A stretch of DNA of 64,000 nt from Candidatus Collierbacteria bacterium (GCA_903886255.1 CAISLM010000072.1:18648-82647), one strand, 5' to 3'. Positions 1 through 10,020 are shown, numbered from the stretch's first letter. Program-made: numbers and translations. The notes: generated from the sequence alone by a model not told the origin.

Positions 1-1776
1 ATTATTTATGATTTCTTTTCTTTAGAGGGAAATTTGGTGGGTAGGATACTGAATATCCCCTATTGGTGTTCTATTCCTGCAATGATCGGTCCTTTTTTGA
101 ATGCCGATTATCGGGATAAAAAATATGATGAAAAAGTAAATATGGAGGCTCTAGAGAATATCAAGAATAAATTCGGTATCAGAATCACGAGAGATGATGT
201 GGAAATGGTTTCTGATGGTTTCCATATTTCAGGACAAATTAATCTTATTTGGTCTTTTCCGGAAATAACTCCGATAAACTTTAAGGTTAACCGAAGTAGT
301 AATCCGTTTGTTTTTGTAGGTAATCCCCGCGGAGATAACTACGAAAAGACAAACTATAAAAACCCAAAACCATTGATATATTTTTCTTTTGGGACAGTGG
401 TTATGAATAATCTCTGGAATCAACAGAAGGATATAAGAGTTAAATTAAGTCAATTTTTAAATGTTTTGGCAAATTTATTGAAAGATAGAAATCTTCAGGT
501 TATTTTTGTTTCACAAGGGAAAAATGTCCTTGACATAATTCCTGATAATTGGTGGATTTATGACAACGTTGATCAAGTGGAGATTTTGTCGCGTGCCGAT
601 TTATTTATTACTCATGGCGGAAGCAATGGCTTTCACGAAGCAATTATGCAGAAAGTGCCAATGATAGTAGTGCCGTTCTTTGGCGACCAAATACTTGTAG
701 CTAACCGAGTCGAAGAGCTAGGCTTTGGAATAAAGGCAGGAGGAAGTGGAAGCATTGATACCCATGAATCAAAAGAATTCCTAAATGATAAATTAGCGAA
801 GGATATAGTTAAGGATATTGATTCAATACTATCATCTGATGACTATGCAAAAAGATATTTATTCCTTAATTTAAAGGCATATTCAATCAAGTCGTTAATA
901 CTTGGGGAAATTGATGCTAGAGATGGAGACTTAGTAGCCGGAAAGAAATATGAGATTGCTCGGCTACCGGCAGATCAGAACAAAAAAGTACAACAGAGTT
1001 TGGAAATATTTATTGGAGAAGAGTCGAGCAAAAAGAGAATTGAAGAAAAGAGAATTGACTTTTTTGCTGCTTTATTTAGAGTTCATGTTCTTCTTGAACA
1101 AGGAAAAAGATTACCAGCAGAGGTGGTTCACGTCTTGGATGATGATGAATATTTTAATGATGGAGTTCAGTTTTATCGCTCCATTCAAGACACATGGATC
1201 CCTGTAGATTTCGAAGAAGTTAGTAGGCAGTTTGGAATAAAAAAAATATCTCAGAAAAATATAGTTGTCGAGTTTGAAAAAGTGATTTTAGCTTCAGAAA
1301 GTCCAATTAAAATTGAGGCAGTAAAACAAGCATTGGGAAGGTCAACAATGATTGGAGTAAATCCGCAGGTAAGTCAAGATGAGCAGCTTGTAGGAATGGC
1401 AGAAATTGTATTTGCAACTACCGAGAGGTTAACAGCTATTCGTAATTCAAATAACGAGGCTTCGCTATATATTAGTATTGTCAGTGGGTTGATTGAAGGT
1501 TATCACCAATTTATTGATGTCGGAGTAGTACTAATGGCCGATAAATATGGTAAGACGGCACTGGCAAAATCGGCTGGGCTTGCTTTGCCGCTTTCGGCTA
1601 CTCAAAGGGCTATGATCCGCGGTTTGGGAAAGTTCACAGTAGGAAAAATATTGGGTGAGGATACCGGTAATCATAAATATGATACTGACCCGCATTCTTT
1701 AATTACACAAGGAAAATTAAATAGATCCGGTTTGCTTAAAATTGCGATCGAAAAAGCTTTAAGGCATCTTTCATAA
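1..1776 (+). CDS. GT1/MGT-family UDP-glycosyltransferase fused to a C-terminal YjjX/DUF84-like (ITPase/XTPase) domain; 5' end outside the window
   Basis: Frame is open from base 1 (IIYDFFSLEG). GT1 motifs IYFSFGT and VDQVEILSRADLFITHGGSNGFHEAI..VPMIVVPFFGDQ. The C-terminus KVILASESPIKIEAVK...SAGLALP...ITQGKLNR resembles YjjX. Confidence 0.8.
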   Translation: MIYDFFSLEGNLVGRILNIPYWCSIPAMIGPFLNADYRDKKYDEKVNMEALENIKNKFGIRITRDDVEMVSDGFHISGQINLIWSFPEITPINFKVNRSSNPFVFVGNPRGDNYEKTNYKNPKPLIYFSFGTVVMNNLWNQQKDIRVKLSQFLNVLANLLKDRNLQVIFVSQGKNVLDIIPDNWWIYDNVDQVEILSRADLFITHGGSNGFHEAIMQKVPMIVVPFFGDQILVANRVEELGFGIKAGGSGSIDTHESKEFLNDKLAKDIVKDIDSILSSDDYAKRYLFLNLKAYSIKSLILGEIDARDGDLVAGKKYEIARLPADQNKKVQQSLEIFIGEESSKKRIEEKRIDFFAALFRVHVLLEQGKRLPAEVVHVLDDDEYFNDGVQFYRSIQDTWIPVDFEEVSRQFGIKKISQKNIVVEFEKVILASESPIKIEAVKQALGRSTMIGVNPQVSQDEQLVGMAEIVFATTERLTAIRNSNNEASLYISIVSGLIEGYHQFIDVGVVLMADKYGKTALAKSAGLALPLSATQRAMIRGLGKFTVGKILGEDTGNHKYDTDPHSLITQGKLNRSGLLKIAIEKALRHLS

Positions 1777-1792
1777 GATACGCCGTATAAAT

Positions 1793-1822
1793 AAAAAACG
1801 CCAGGGTTAGCTGGCGTTATTT
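1793..1822. terminator. Intrinsic terminator between convergent genes
   Basis: AACGCCAG-ggttag-CTGGCGTT stem with flanking A- and T-rich tracts. Confidence 0.75.
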
Positions 1823-1824
1823 AA

Positions 1825-3561
1825 TTACTGTATCTGTAAGGAAACCATTTTGGCGTAGAGGCCATCTAATTTCATAAGATCATCGTGAGTTCCTTCCTCA
1901 ACCTTTTTTCCTTCGTCCATGACAACTATTTTATCGGCCAATCCCCAAATAGTGGAAAGACGATGGGCGATGATAATGGCTGTTTTCCCGGTTAGAATTG
2001 TTTTCATGTTGGTTTGAATTTCTTTTTCGGTGATAGCATCGACTGCGCTGGTAGCTTCGTCCAAAATAAGGATGGGACGATTAGCCAAGATAGCTCTAGC
2101 TAAAGCAATTCTTTGTTTTTGTCCGCCAGACAAACGAATACCCCTTTCGCCAACCTGGGTTTCGTAACCATCTTTGAGAGTTAAAACAAAATCATGAATA
2201 CCGGCAAGACGTGAAGCTTGGATTATTTCTTCATCCGTTGTGTCGGGACGAGGAAAGGAAATATTGTATTTGATAGTTTCATCAAAAATATAAACATCAT
2301 CGCCCTGAGGAACATAAGAAAACTGTTCCAGAAGCTGATATTTGTCCCAATCTTTTATATCAATTCCTCCAACTAAAATAGTTCCTTTTTGGCAGTTCAC
2401 TAAACGGGTGACTATTTTTCTGATGGTGGTTTTTCCGGCACCTGAAGGGCCAACCAGGGCAAGGATTTTCCCCGGCTCAACTTCTAAACTGAAATCATGG
2501 AGAGCACCATCTTCTTTGGTATATTCCCCGTCATAAGAGAAACAAACTTCTTTGATACTAATACCTAATGGTTGACTCGGAACTTCTTGAATTTTTCCAG
2601 TCTCAACCGGTTCGTTTTCACTTAAGAGATTGGCTAGTCTCTCTGCGCCCTCGCTATTTTCCGAGGCTCTATCGAGAAGACGGGCAAATCTCCAAAAGCT
2701 GGAGAATAACCTTTCGACCAGTACACTAACAAAAATTAAGCTGGCAATTGTGAGTGAACCATGCAAGAGCTGAAGAATCCAAATAACGAGGATGATTCTT
2801 CTTGCTATGGTCAATACTCTGATTCGCCAACGATTGTATTTAAAAATTCCGATTCGGTGCTCTTTTAGGGCCTCACCGACAATTCCATCGTGGATGTCGA
2901 TTTGGTCTTGCATCAATCGATCTTGCTGACCAAACATCAGATTTGTTTCCACAGACTGAACTGAAGCAATGGACTTGTTCCATTCTGCCTCGTAATAGTC
3001 CTGACGTTTTGACCTGAACGGCTTTTTCTCCTTGTTACCCTTGATAGTGAGTGCGGCGAATATTGCAAAGGTCACAATGGCGATCAAGCCAACCCAGGGG
3101 CTAATTATAAACAGCGGTATTAGGCTAATGACTGCTTGGATAGAAGTGGGCACAAACTCCCAACTCATGACATCGACAATTTCTAAAGTTTTCCAAACTC
3201 CATCACCTACTTTTCCCACTAAAGTTCCTGAATTATGTTTGTGATGCCAGGGAATATCCATCTTTAGGAACTTAGCAATTGCTTTAAGCTTTAGGTGCCG
3301 AAAAATAGGATGGCTTTGTTTGGCTGCAATGTGCCAATCGAAATAATTATCGACTCTCATATTGATCTCGTCGAAGGCGAGCAGTCCTATGATCAAATAG
3401 ATCCAAACGAGTGGTCCGACTGAAATTCCAAATAAAGTAACTACCAGACTTATCACATAGCTTCCGGCCAGCTGGATCGTTTCGTAGATAACAGCCAGAA
3501 GAATAAATAAATAAAATGTCTTATGGAATGGTGCCAAGATTGACCAAAGTTTTCGAAACAT
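1825..3561 (-). CDS. ABC exporter, fused TMD-NBD (MsbA/Sav1866-like)
   Basis: GPSGAGKT, LSGGQKQR, ILDEATS and AHRLST motifs with N-terminal TM helices. Start reset to ATG 3561, which follows AGGAGG. Confidence 0.92.
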   Translation of the reverse strand: MFRKLWSILAPFHKTFYLFILLAVIYETIQLAGSYVISLVVTLFGISVGPLVWIYLIIGLLAFDEINMRVDNYFDWHIAAKQSHPIFRHLKLKAIAKFLKMDIPWHHKHNSGTLVGKVGDGVWKTLEIVDVMSWEFVPTSIQAVISLIPLFIISPWVGLIAIVTFAIFAALTIKGNKEKKPFRSKRQDYYEAEWNKSIASVQSVETNLMFGQQDRLMQDQIDIHDGIVGEALKEHRIGIFKYNRWRIRVLTIARRIILVIWILQLLHGSLTIASLIFVSVLVERLFSSFWRFARLLDRASENSEGAERLANLLSENEPVETGKIQEVPSQPLGISIKEVCFSYDGEYTKEDGALHDFSLEVEPGKILALVGPSGAGKTTIRKIVTRLVNCQKGTILVGGIDIKDWDKYQLLEQFSYVPQGDDVYIFDETIKYNISFPRPDTTDEEIIQASRLAGIHDFVLTLKDGYETQVGERGIRLSGGQKQRIALARAILANRPILILDEATSAVDAITEKEIQTNMKTILTGKTAIIIAHRLSTIWGLADKIVVMDEGKKVEEGTHDDLMKLDGLYAKMVSLQIQ

Positions 3562-3601
3562 ATTCCTCCTTAATGATTTAATGTGCTTGCTTTCGTGCAA
3601 C

Positions 3602-3629
3602 AAAAACGCCGCGTATGCCGCGGCGTTTG
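3602..3629 (-). terminator. Leader (attenuator) terminator upstream of the ABC exporter
   Basis: Minus strand AAACGCCGCG-gcata-CGCGGCGTTTTT, ~40 nt before the ATG and downstream of the promoter. Confidence 0.75.
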
Positions 3630-3652
3630 AATAGGATCAAAATATATTTATT

Positions 3653-3754
3653 TTATGTTTTGATATATGCAAAAACCGAGGCACAATTAAGGCCTTTGTT
3701 TATTTCCGAATCGATAAAATTCGAAATAGTTATGATTTGTATTTTGTTTTTCAT
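3653..3754 (-). CDS. Putative 33-aa leader peptide MKNKIQIITISNFIDSEINKGLNCASVFAYIKT
   Basis: Translated by hand; lies between the promoter (3780-3809) and the leader terminator (3602-3629). Confidence 0.5.
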   Translation of the reverse strand: MKNKIQIITISNFIDSEINKGLNCASVFAYIKT

Positions 3755-3779
3755 AAAGCTAATATGTTTAGCAGGTAGT

Positions 3780-3809
3780 ACTATATCATATTACTATGGG
3801 CTCTGTCAA
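3780..3809 (-). promoter_or_regulatory. Sigma70-type promoter of the ABC exporter leader
   Basis: TTGACA-18 nt-TATAGT with TGn extended -10. Confidence 0.65.
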
Positions 3810-3844
3810 CTACATCTTTTGTGCGTAATTCACTTGAATTTTAT

Positions 3845-4456
3845 TTACAAAGACTTGAGAAAGTCTATCGACGTGACTGTTTTCCCGTACATCACCGGGA
3901 AAGTAAAGTCGATCATTAATTTTTGAAGCTGTTGACGTTCTTTGGAGTCAGTAGTTTCTACCAAATCCTTTAAAATTGTGAAGCTAAATCCTTTTGAAAA
4001 TCCACTTACTATCGAGGCTAAAACACAACCATCGGTGAAGATGCCGGTAACGACAATATGTTTAATTTTTCTTTTTTTAAGTTCTTGACAAAAGCTTTTA
4101 TTTGAAAAAGCATCGTAGGTGTTTTTGATGAAAACCAGATCGTTTGGTGTCGGCTCGACAGTATGAAATTTTTCTTCGAATCCTGTTTTATCATCTGAGT
4201 AATAGTAAGCACGAGGATCTTTGTAAAGTTCAATCAAATTATCCGGAAGGTTTTCTTTTGTCCATGAAGCAACCGTGAAAAAGACGACAGAATTCCCTGT
4301 CTTTTCTTTATATGTTTTTATAAAATTTGCCAATCGTGGCAACATCGATCTGATTTTGGAATAATGGATATTCCATGAGGATTTTTCGCATTTTTCATGA
4401 GCGAACGAATTGACAGGATCGATAACCAGCAATATGGAGTTTTGAGAAGATTTCAT
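3845..4456 (-). CDS. Cysteine hydrolase (isochorismatase superfamily)
   Basis: D-K-C triad motifs LLVIDPVNSF, FIKNTYDAF, TGIFTDGCV. Confidence 0.85.
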   Translation of the reverse strand: MKSSQNSILLVIDPVNSFAHEKCEKSSWNIHYSKIRSMLPRLANFIKTYKEKTGNSVVFFTVASWTKENLPDNLIELYKDPRAYYYSDDKTGFEEKFHTVEPTPNDLVFIKNTYDAFSNKSFCQELKKRKIKHIVVTGIFTDGCVLASIVSGFSKGFSFTILKDLVETTDSKERQQLQKLMIDFTFPVMYGKTVTSIDFLKSL

Positions 4457-4475
4457 ATTGGATATTATATCTTTC

Positions 4476-6236
4476 TCAAGAGGTACGCTTTGATTGTTTT
4501 ATCATTTCAAGCGATTTTTCATAAGATTGCGCCGAAATAACCTGACCATTATTTACGAAATAGATCTCGTCGGCATTTTTAATGGTATTAAATCTATGGG
4601 CAATGATGACTCTAGTTGTTTCTTTGGGAAGCTTGTCGATAATTTCCTGAAGAAGTTGTTCCGTAATAGTATCGATGTTTGCCGTAGCTTCATCCATGAT
4701 GAGAAGTTCGGGCTTTCTTATAATGGCTCGAAGAAATGAAATTAGCTGTTTTTGACCAAGACTAATTAACTCTGTTGATGGTGTGACCTCTGCATCTAAA
4801 CCGCCTTCAAATTTTTTTATTAATTCAGAAAGGTTAAGATCTTTTAACTCTGCTTCAAGTTTATCTTTTGAATACACTAAATGATCGGGATTACCATAGG
4901 CGATGTTTTCTCCGACTGTGCCGGTGAAAAGATATTGATCCTGAAGAATAAAACCAATCTTTTGGGATAATTCTTCCGGTTTAAATGTTTTTATATCTCT
5001 TCCTTCAAATAGAACCTCACCCTCTTGGGGATCATATAGTCTGGACATAAGGGAAGCGGTCGTACTTTTTCCACCGCCGGTTGGGCCAACGATCGCATAA
5101 GTTTTACCTTTATCAAAGGTGAAGTTTACATCATGCAATATTTTCTTTTGGGTATAACCGAAACTTACGTGACGGAACTGCATGATATGTCTCGTTGGTT
5201 CTGTCTTTTCATGGGATACGACAACAAGGTCTGATTCAAGATTCAAAATTTCCAAAATACGATTCCAGGCAGCTAGAGATAATTGGGCGTTTGACCAAAT
5301 AGCTGCCATCTGACGTAGTGGAGAGTAGAACTTATCTGTGTAACTCAAAAACGAAACAAGAATACCGATCGTTAAATGCCCTTGTAGAATCAGAGAGATA
5401 CCGAAGGCTAGAACCAACAACGTGGCAATATTCCCGGATAGATCATAAAGAGGAGAGGTTATATTGTTTGCGACACCGGCTTTTACAGATGCAATATAAT
5501 TTTCTTCATTAACTTTTTCAAAGTTGTTTCTAAAATAATCTCGCCTATCAAAAGAGACGATAACTTTGAAATTGTTTAAGCTTTCCTGGATCTCTGCAGA
5601 GAGATTTCCTAGCGCTTGAAGACTAATTCTGTTTTTCTTATGAATCCATGGAGAAATAAAGGAAGTAACAACAACTAGAAACACCGCCGAAATAATAGTA
5701 ATTAGGGCAAGCTCCGGATTAATAAAGAAGATAAATATTCCTATGCCAAAGATAATAAATATATTACCAACAAACTGGTTAAGTGATTGAGTAAAAAATT
5801 GATTCAGTTTATCTGTATCATTATTTATTCTTGAGATCAAATCACCGAGTTTGTTTTGATTAAAAAACGCAAGGGGTAAAGATTGAATTTTATCGAAGAC
5901 ACTATTCCTAAGTTTAAAAAGAACATTCTGACCAACTGTACCCATATTCTTTGTTTGGAGATAGCCGGTAATGGCGATGACGATATATAAAACAGCTAGA
6001 ATTAATGAATATTGGGAAATGCTGGCAAAATTTCTATGTGTGACAAAGTTATCGATTGCATATCCAAGAACCAAAGGCGTAGCAACGTTGGCGGCAGAAT
6101 TAATTACGATACTGATAATCGTTAAGACAAGGCGAAAGTATTCACCGGAAAGAAAGCCCGAAAAACGTTTGATTGGTTCGAGCGAATTTTGCTTTTTATT
6201 TTCTTTTATGTCGAAACTTTTTAGTGCGTAGTTCAT
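4476..6236 (-). CDS. Heterodimeric ABC exporter subunit (consensus Walker B and H-loop)
   Basis: GPTGGGKS, degenerate signature ISLGQKQ, IMDEATANID, AHRF; 4-nt overlap with its partner gene. Confidence 0.9.
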   Translation of the reverse strand: MNYALKSFDIKENKKQNSLEPIKRFSGFLSGEYFRLVLTIISIVINSAANVATPLVLGYAIDNFVTHRNFASISQYSLILAVLYIVIAITGYLQTKNMGTVGQNVLFKLRNSVFDKIQSLPLAFFNQNKLGDLISRINNDTDKLNQFFTQSLNQFVGNIFIIFGIGIFIFFINPELALITIISAVFLVVVTSFISPWIHKKNRISLQALGNLSAEIQESLNNFKVIVSFDRRDYFRNNFEKVNEENYIASVKAGVANNITSPLYDLSGNIATLLVLAFGISLILQGHLTIGILVSFLSYTDKFYSPLRQMAAIWSNAQLSLAAWNRILEILNLESDLVVVSHEKTEPTRHIMQFRHVSFGYTQKKILHDVNFTFDKGKTYAIVGPTGGGKSTTASLMSRLYDPQEGEVLFEGRDIKTFKPEELSQKIGFILQDQYLFTGTVGENIAYGNPDHLVYSKDKLEAELKDLNLSELIKKFEGGLDAEVTPSTELISLGQKQLISFLRAIIRKPELLIMDEATANIDTITEQLLQEIIDKLPKETTRVIIAHRFNTIKNADEIYFVNNGQVISAQSYEKSLEMIKQSKRTS

Positions 6237-7954
6237 TGAATTGATTTTTGTGAATTGAAGATTTGTTGATATTCCGGAGATTTTTTTAGCAGCTCCTTAT
6301 GAGTACCTATGGCTAAGAGTTCCCCTTCCATGACAAGAATTATTTGATCGAAATCTTCGACTGAAGAAATTTGCTGGGTAATAAGGATCTGAGTGATTCC
6401 ACTATAATTTTTCTTTAAATTAGCAAAGATCTTTTTTTCTGTTTCACGATCTACCCTAGCAGTAAAATCATCCAGTAATAAAATTTTTGGATTTACAACC
6501 AATGCGCGAGCGAGAGTGATTCTTTGCTTTTGACCACCTGACAAACTGGCTCCACGTTCGGCAATTTTTGTATCCAAACCATCGGGAAGGCTAGCGATAA
6601 AGTCATCAAGCTCGGCCGTGTGAATAGCTTTTTGGAAACTTTCCTCATTGTCAATATTTTTAAAATTTATATTTTCTCTAATGGAAGTATTGAAGATGGA
6701 GCTGTCTTGGAAAACAAGGCCGATTTGATCAGCGAGTGACTTAGCAGAATATTTTGATTGAGGTATATCATCTATGAGAATTTTCCCTGAACTATTTTTC
6801 AAAAGACCGGAAAGTAAGTAGAAAATCTGTGTTTTTCCTGCAGCCGTTGGTCCAAGAATCGCAGTACGAGATCCTGCCGGAATTTCAAATGATATTTTTT
6901 TGAGAATTTGCTTGTTACCATAATTCAGAGATACATTTTTGAAAGATACTTTACCCTGAATTTCTTTTTCCAGCTTACCCTTACGTCGAATATGTGGAGC
7001 ATAGAGAACGGCTGAAATTCTTTCGAAAGAAGCGACTGCCCTAGCCAGAACGTTACTTATGAAACCGAGGATGACAATGGGAAAAATTAACATGGAAATG
7101 TAACTCAGAAAGGCGGTTAAACCACCAATTGTGAAAGATCCGGAAATAATTGATCGACCACCAATAAGAAGGACGGCTACTAAACTGGCATTGGCAATTG
7201 CTCCAATAAGAGGAATTAGACTCGCAAATAGCTGGAGAATGGACATGCCGATTTCCCTTGATTGGGTACTCAGTTCTAAAAATTTTTGAGATTCCAGATA
7301 TTGAGAATTCAAAATGCGAATAAGAGATGAGGCGACAATACTTTCGTTGATAGTTTTGTTTAACTTATCTATGATCGCCTGAGCTCTCTTAAAGAAGTGC
7401 CGAATTTTACTAAAAATGAAAATAAAGATAATAACAATAAGGGGAATAATGGTGAGAACGATCAAGGCAAGATTGCGGTTAACAGAAATTAATAAAGCTC
7501 CTGCACCGAAAATAAGGATAATCGAAGAAAATACTTGGACTAACCCGAGAGCAATAACCTGTTTGAGATTATCAATATCTCCGGTGAGGTTAGTGAGCAA
7601 TTTTTCAGGAGTAATCTGATTGATGAAAGAAAATGGTTGGGTGGATATTTTTTGGATTAGGCGATTGCGAAGATCACGGCCGATTTTTTCCGACAGATAA
7701 GTCTGGAGAAAACTTTGAGCCATTGAAAAAATAAAGATAAATAAGGTAATGATGGAGAGGATTGTTAGAGATGCACTTAAATTAAAATTTTCTTTTCTAA
7801 AAGTATCGATTGTCGATGCCATTATTTTGGGAACCGCAAGGCTAAGGCCGTTGGTGGCAAGACTAATAAAAAAGACCAAGATAATAAAACCAATATATGG
7901 CTTGGCAAGAGAAATTATTTTTAAGGCGCTTCCGGAGCGTAATTTTTTGTTCAT
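6233..7954 (-). CDS. Heterodimeric ABC exporter subunit (degenerate site, TM287-like)
   Basis: GPTAAGKT and LSGGQKQR, with Walker B LLDD and H-loop replaced by Q (ITQQISS). Start reset to MNKKLRS because the longer ORF crosses a terminator. Confidence 0.9.
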   Translation of the reverse strand: MNKKLRSGSALKIISLAKPYIGFIILVFFISLATNGLSLAVPKIMASTIDTFRKENFNLSASLTILSIITLFIFIFSMAQSFLQTYLSEKIGRDLRNRLIQKISTQPFSFINQITPEKLLTNLTGDIDNLKQVIALGLVQVFSSIILIFGAGALLISVNRNLALIVLTIIPLIVIIFIFIFSKIRHFFKRAQAIIDKLNKTINESIVASSLIRILNSQYLESQKFLELSTQSREIGMSILQLFASLIPLIGAIANASLVAVLLIGGRSIISGSFTIGGLTAFLSYISMLIFPIVILGFISNVLARAVASFERISAVLYAPHIRRKGKLEKEIQGKVSFKNVSLNYGNKQILKKISFEIPAGSRTAILGPTAAGKTQIFYLLSGLLKNSSGKILIDDIPQSKYSAKSLADQIGLVFQDSSIFNTSIRENINFKNIDNEESFQKAIHTAELDDFIASLPDGLDTKIAERGASLSGGQKQRITLARALVVNPKILLLDDFTARVDRETEKKIFANLKKNYSGITQILITQQISSVEDFDQIILVMEGELLAIGTHKELLKKSPEYQQIFNSQKSIQ

Positions 7955-8035
7955 AAGGTTAACAGGACAATCAATTATATCCTTACTCTTCTCTCGTAAT
8001 GAGACGTGCATACCCCTCTTCGGTTTTTCAACGAT

Positions 8036-8062
8036 AAAAAACCCGCTATCTAGCGGGTTTTT
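8036..8062. terminator. Intrinsic terminator after the LysM/L,D-transpeptidase gene
   Basis: AAAAAACCCGCTA-tc-TAGCGGGTTTTT. Confidence 0.8.
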
Positions 8063-8067
8063 GAATT

Positions 8068-8793
8068 TCAAGGATATATTTCGACTTTTGTGCCGAGAGG
8101 AGCCCAGTGATATAGCCAATCAGCATCCGGTGTGTACATATTCACGCAACCATGACTCATAGGATGACCGAAATTATGATGCCAATAGGTTCCATGGAAG
8201 CTATAGCCTTGGTAGAAATACATTGTCCAAGGAACATTTGGCAAATCGTAACCCTCACCAGTCATACGTGTTGATTCAAGCTTTATATAGATGTAATAAG
8301 TGCCCAGGACAGTTGGATGATTCTGAACCCCGGTAGAGACCAGGAATTCTCTTATTAATTTATCCCCTTCGTAGGCATAAGTTTTCTGTTGGGAAAGAAT
8401 AACGACAATTCGTTTATTCGTTTCAGGTATCACTGTACTTACTTCCGAAGGGTTGGGGATGATGATAACTTGACCAGGATATATTTGGTCATAGTTCCAA
8501 ATACTATTGGCAATGGCGATCCGATCTACCGGTACACCAAAACGTTGAGAAATTCCCCAGAGGGTGTCGGCTTCCTGTACTATGTATGTAATTGAGGGGG
8601 TCTTTGAAGGTTGTGGAGTGTTTGTCTGGGTTGATGTTGAGGTCGGGGTAGGTGTTTGGACAAGAGTTGCTGTAGAGACAGATTTGGGTGTGGAGGTAGG
8701 TGTAGGCGTGAGCCTAACATGGGTTGAGCTTGCACAAGCAGTGATTCCAATAAGAATTAACGAGCACAAAATAAGGAGCTTTTTTGAGACCAT
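8068..8793 (-). CDS. LysM + L,D-transpeptidase (YkuD) lipoprotein
   Basis: Lipobox-like ITAC, Pro/Thr linker, LysM (YIVQEADTLWGISQRFGV), and catalytic HGTYWH..FGHPMSHGCVN. Confidence 0.9.
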   Translation of the reverse strand: MVSKKLLILCSLILIGITACASSTHVRLTPTPTSTPKSVSTATLVQTPTPTSTSTQTNTPQPSKTPSITYIVQEADTLWGISQRFGVPVDRIAIANSIWNYDQIYPGQVIIIPNPSEVSTVIPETNKRIVVILSQQKTYAYEGDKLIREFLVSTGVQNHPTVLGTYYIYIKLESTRMTGEGYDLPNVPWTMYFYQGYSFHGTYWHHNFGHPMSHGCVNMYTPDADWLYHWAPLGTKVEIYP

Positions 8794-8802
8794 TTGCCAT
8801 CC

Positions 8803-8814
8803 TTTTAAAGAGCA
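8803..8814 (-). promoter_or_regulatory. boxA-like element in the 5' UTR
   Basis: TGCTCTTTAAAA is an 11/12 match to E. coli rrn boxA TGCTCTTTAACA; it lies between TATAAT and the ATG. Confidence 0.5.
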
Positions 8815-8893
8815 AGGTTTGTTCTTGTGTATTATATAGCATTTTTATATAGGAAAATAGGTTAGCAGCTCCCTTTTAGGATAAAATATAGGT

Positions 8894-9640
8894 ATGAAGA
8901 AACAGCTTAACTTTATTACCCTAGAAGGCAGAAATATGGTTCACGATGCCTTAACTTCCCAACAAAAAATCGTTTCGGTAATTTTGGGAGTTTCAACTTT
9001 GAGCGATCCCAGGATAAGAGAGATCGAAAATCTGGCCAGAAAAAATGGTGTGCAGATTCAAAAAGTGAGTACTGAAGAACTTGAAAAAATGAGCGACAGC
9101 CGAAACCCTCAAGGTGTAGTCGCCTTAATGAGCGTTCCGGAAACATTATCTTTGGAACAAATATTAAAAGAGAAAAGGGATGTTTTCTTATTGCTACTTA
9201 ATCATATTGATTATGAACAAAACTTGGGGGCTATTCTTCGTACAGCTTGGGCGGCAGGAGTCGATGCTGTGATCGCCTCACCAAATGGTGTCCACGAAGT
9301 GACGCCGGTCGTTGCTAAAGTATCAATGGGGGGTGCGGCCTATGTCCCTCTGCTGGGAATGAGTATGTTTCAAGCGATTAAATTACTTCATGAATATGCT
9401 GTTCCGGTAGTTGGAGTTGAAGTAGGTATGGGCGAATCATATACAGAAACAAATTTGAGGGGACCTGTCGCCTTCGTAATGGGTGGCGAAGCCGTGGGAC
9501 TTTCCGAGCCTTTGCAAAAAGAATGTGACTTGTTTGTGAATATCCCAATGGATAAAGCAGTTGCTTCTTTGAATGTAAGTGTAGCCACGGCGTTGATTTT
9601 GTTTGAAAAGTTGAGACAAGAACAGAAAACAAAATTGTAA
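8894..9640 (+). CDS. SPOUT (TrmH/RlmB-family) RNA 2'-O-methyltransferase
   Basis: QNLGAILRTA, VMGGEAVGL and SLNVSVA motifs plus an N-terminal substrate-binding domain. Confidence 0.88.
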   Translation: MKKQLNFITLEGRNMVHDALTSQQKIVSVILGVSTLSDPRIREIENLARKNGVQIQKVSTEELEKMSDSRNPQGVVALMSVPETLSLEQILKEKRDVFLLLLNHIDYEQNLGAILRTAWAAGVDAVIASPNGVHEVTPVVAKVSMGGAAYVPLLGMSMFQAIKLLHEYAVPVVGVEVGMGESYTETNLRGPVAFVMGGEAVGLSEPLQKECDLFVNIPMDKAVASLNVSVATALILFEKLRQEQKTKL

Positions 9641-9662
9641 TATTTCGTGCTAGTATTTACTT

Positions 9663-9974
9663 ATGGAAGTAGTATACAAACAAGCAATCAGCAATGAAGA
9701 GATTAAAACCTGGGTTGAAAGTCGAGGGGGAAAACCGGCAATAATCGATGACCCAGAAATTACCGAGGATAAAATCGGGTTGAGAATAGACTGGAAAGGG
9801 AAAAAGGACGAGGCTATGCTTAGTGAGGGTAGAGTAACAACAAGAGATATCCCCTGGGAAGAATTCTTTAGAATTATGGAGGACCAACAGCTGATATTTA
9901 TGTATTCCGATTCAAAAGATATAAATCCGACATGGGAATATAAATTCGTAGATAAATATCCGGTAGACGAATAG
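9663..9974 (+). CDS. Small conserved hypothetical protein
   Basis: EEIKTWVESRGGKPA..LRIDW..IPWEEFF pattern; -10-like box just upstream. Confidence 0.7.
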   Translation: MEVVYKQAISNEEIKTWVESRGGKPAIIDDPEITEDKIGLRIDWKGKKDEAMLSEGRVTTRDIPWEEFFRIMEDQQLIFMYSDSKDINPTWEYKFVDKYPVDE

Positions 9975-10020
9975 AAAATTCAGTTTCGTGTCGATGTAAA
10001 AGTGTAATACAATATTTTTT

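Noticed and set aside
3845-4456. Nicotinamidase (pncA) completing NAD salvage
   Set aside because: The D-K-C triad is present but the DxH...HC metal ligands are not visible, so it is left as a generic cysteine hydrolase.
7955-8119. N-terminal extension of the ABC subunit given in the ORF track
   Set aside because: It crosses a terminator and overlaps the LysM gene; ATG 7954 is more plausible.
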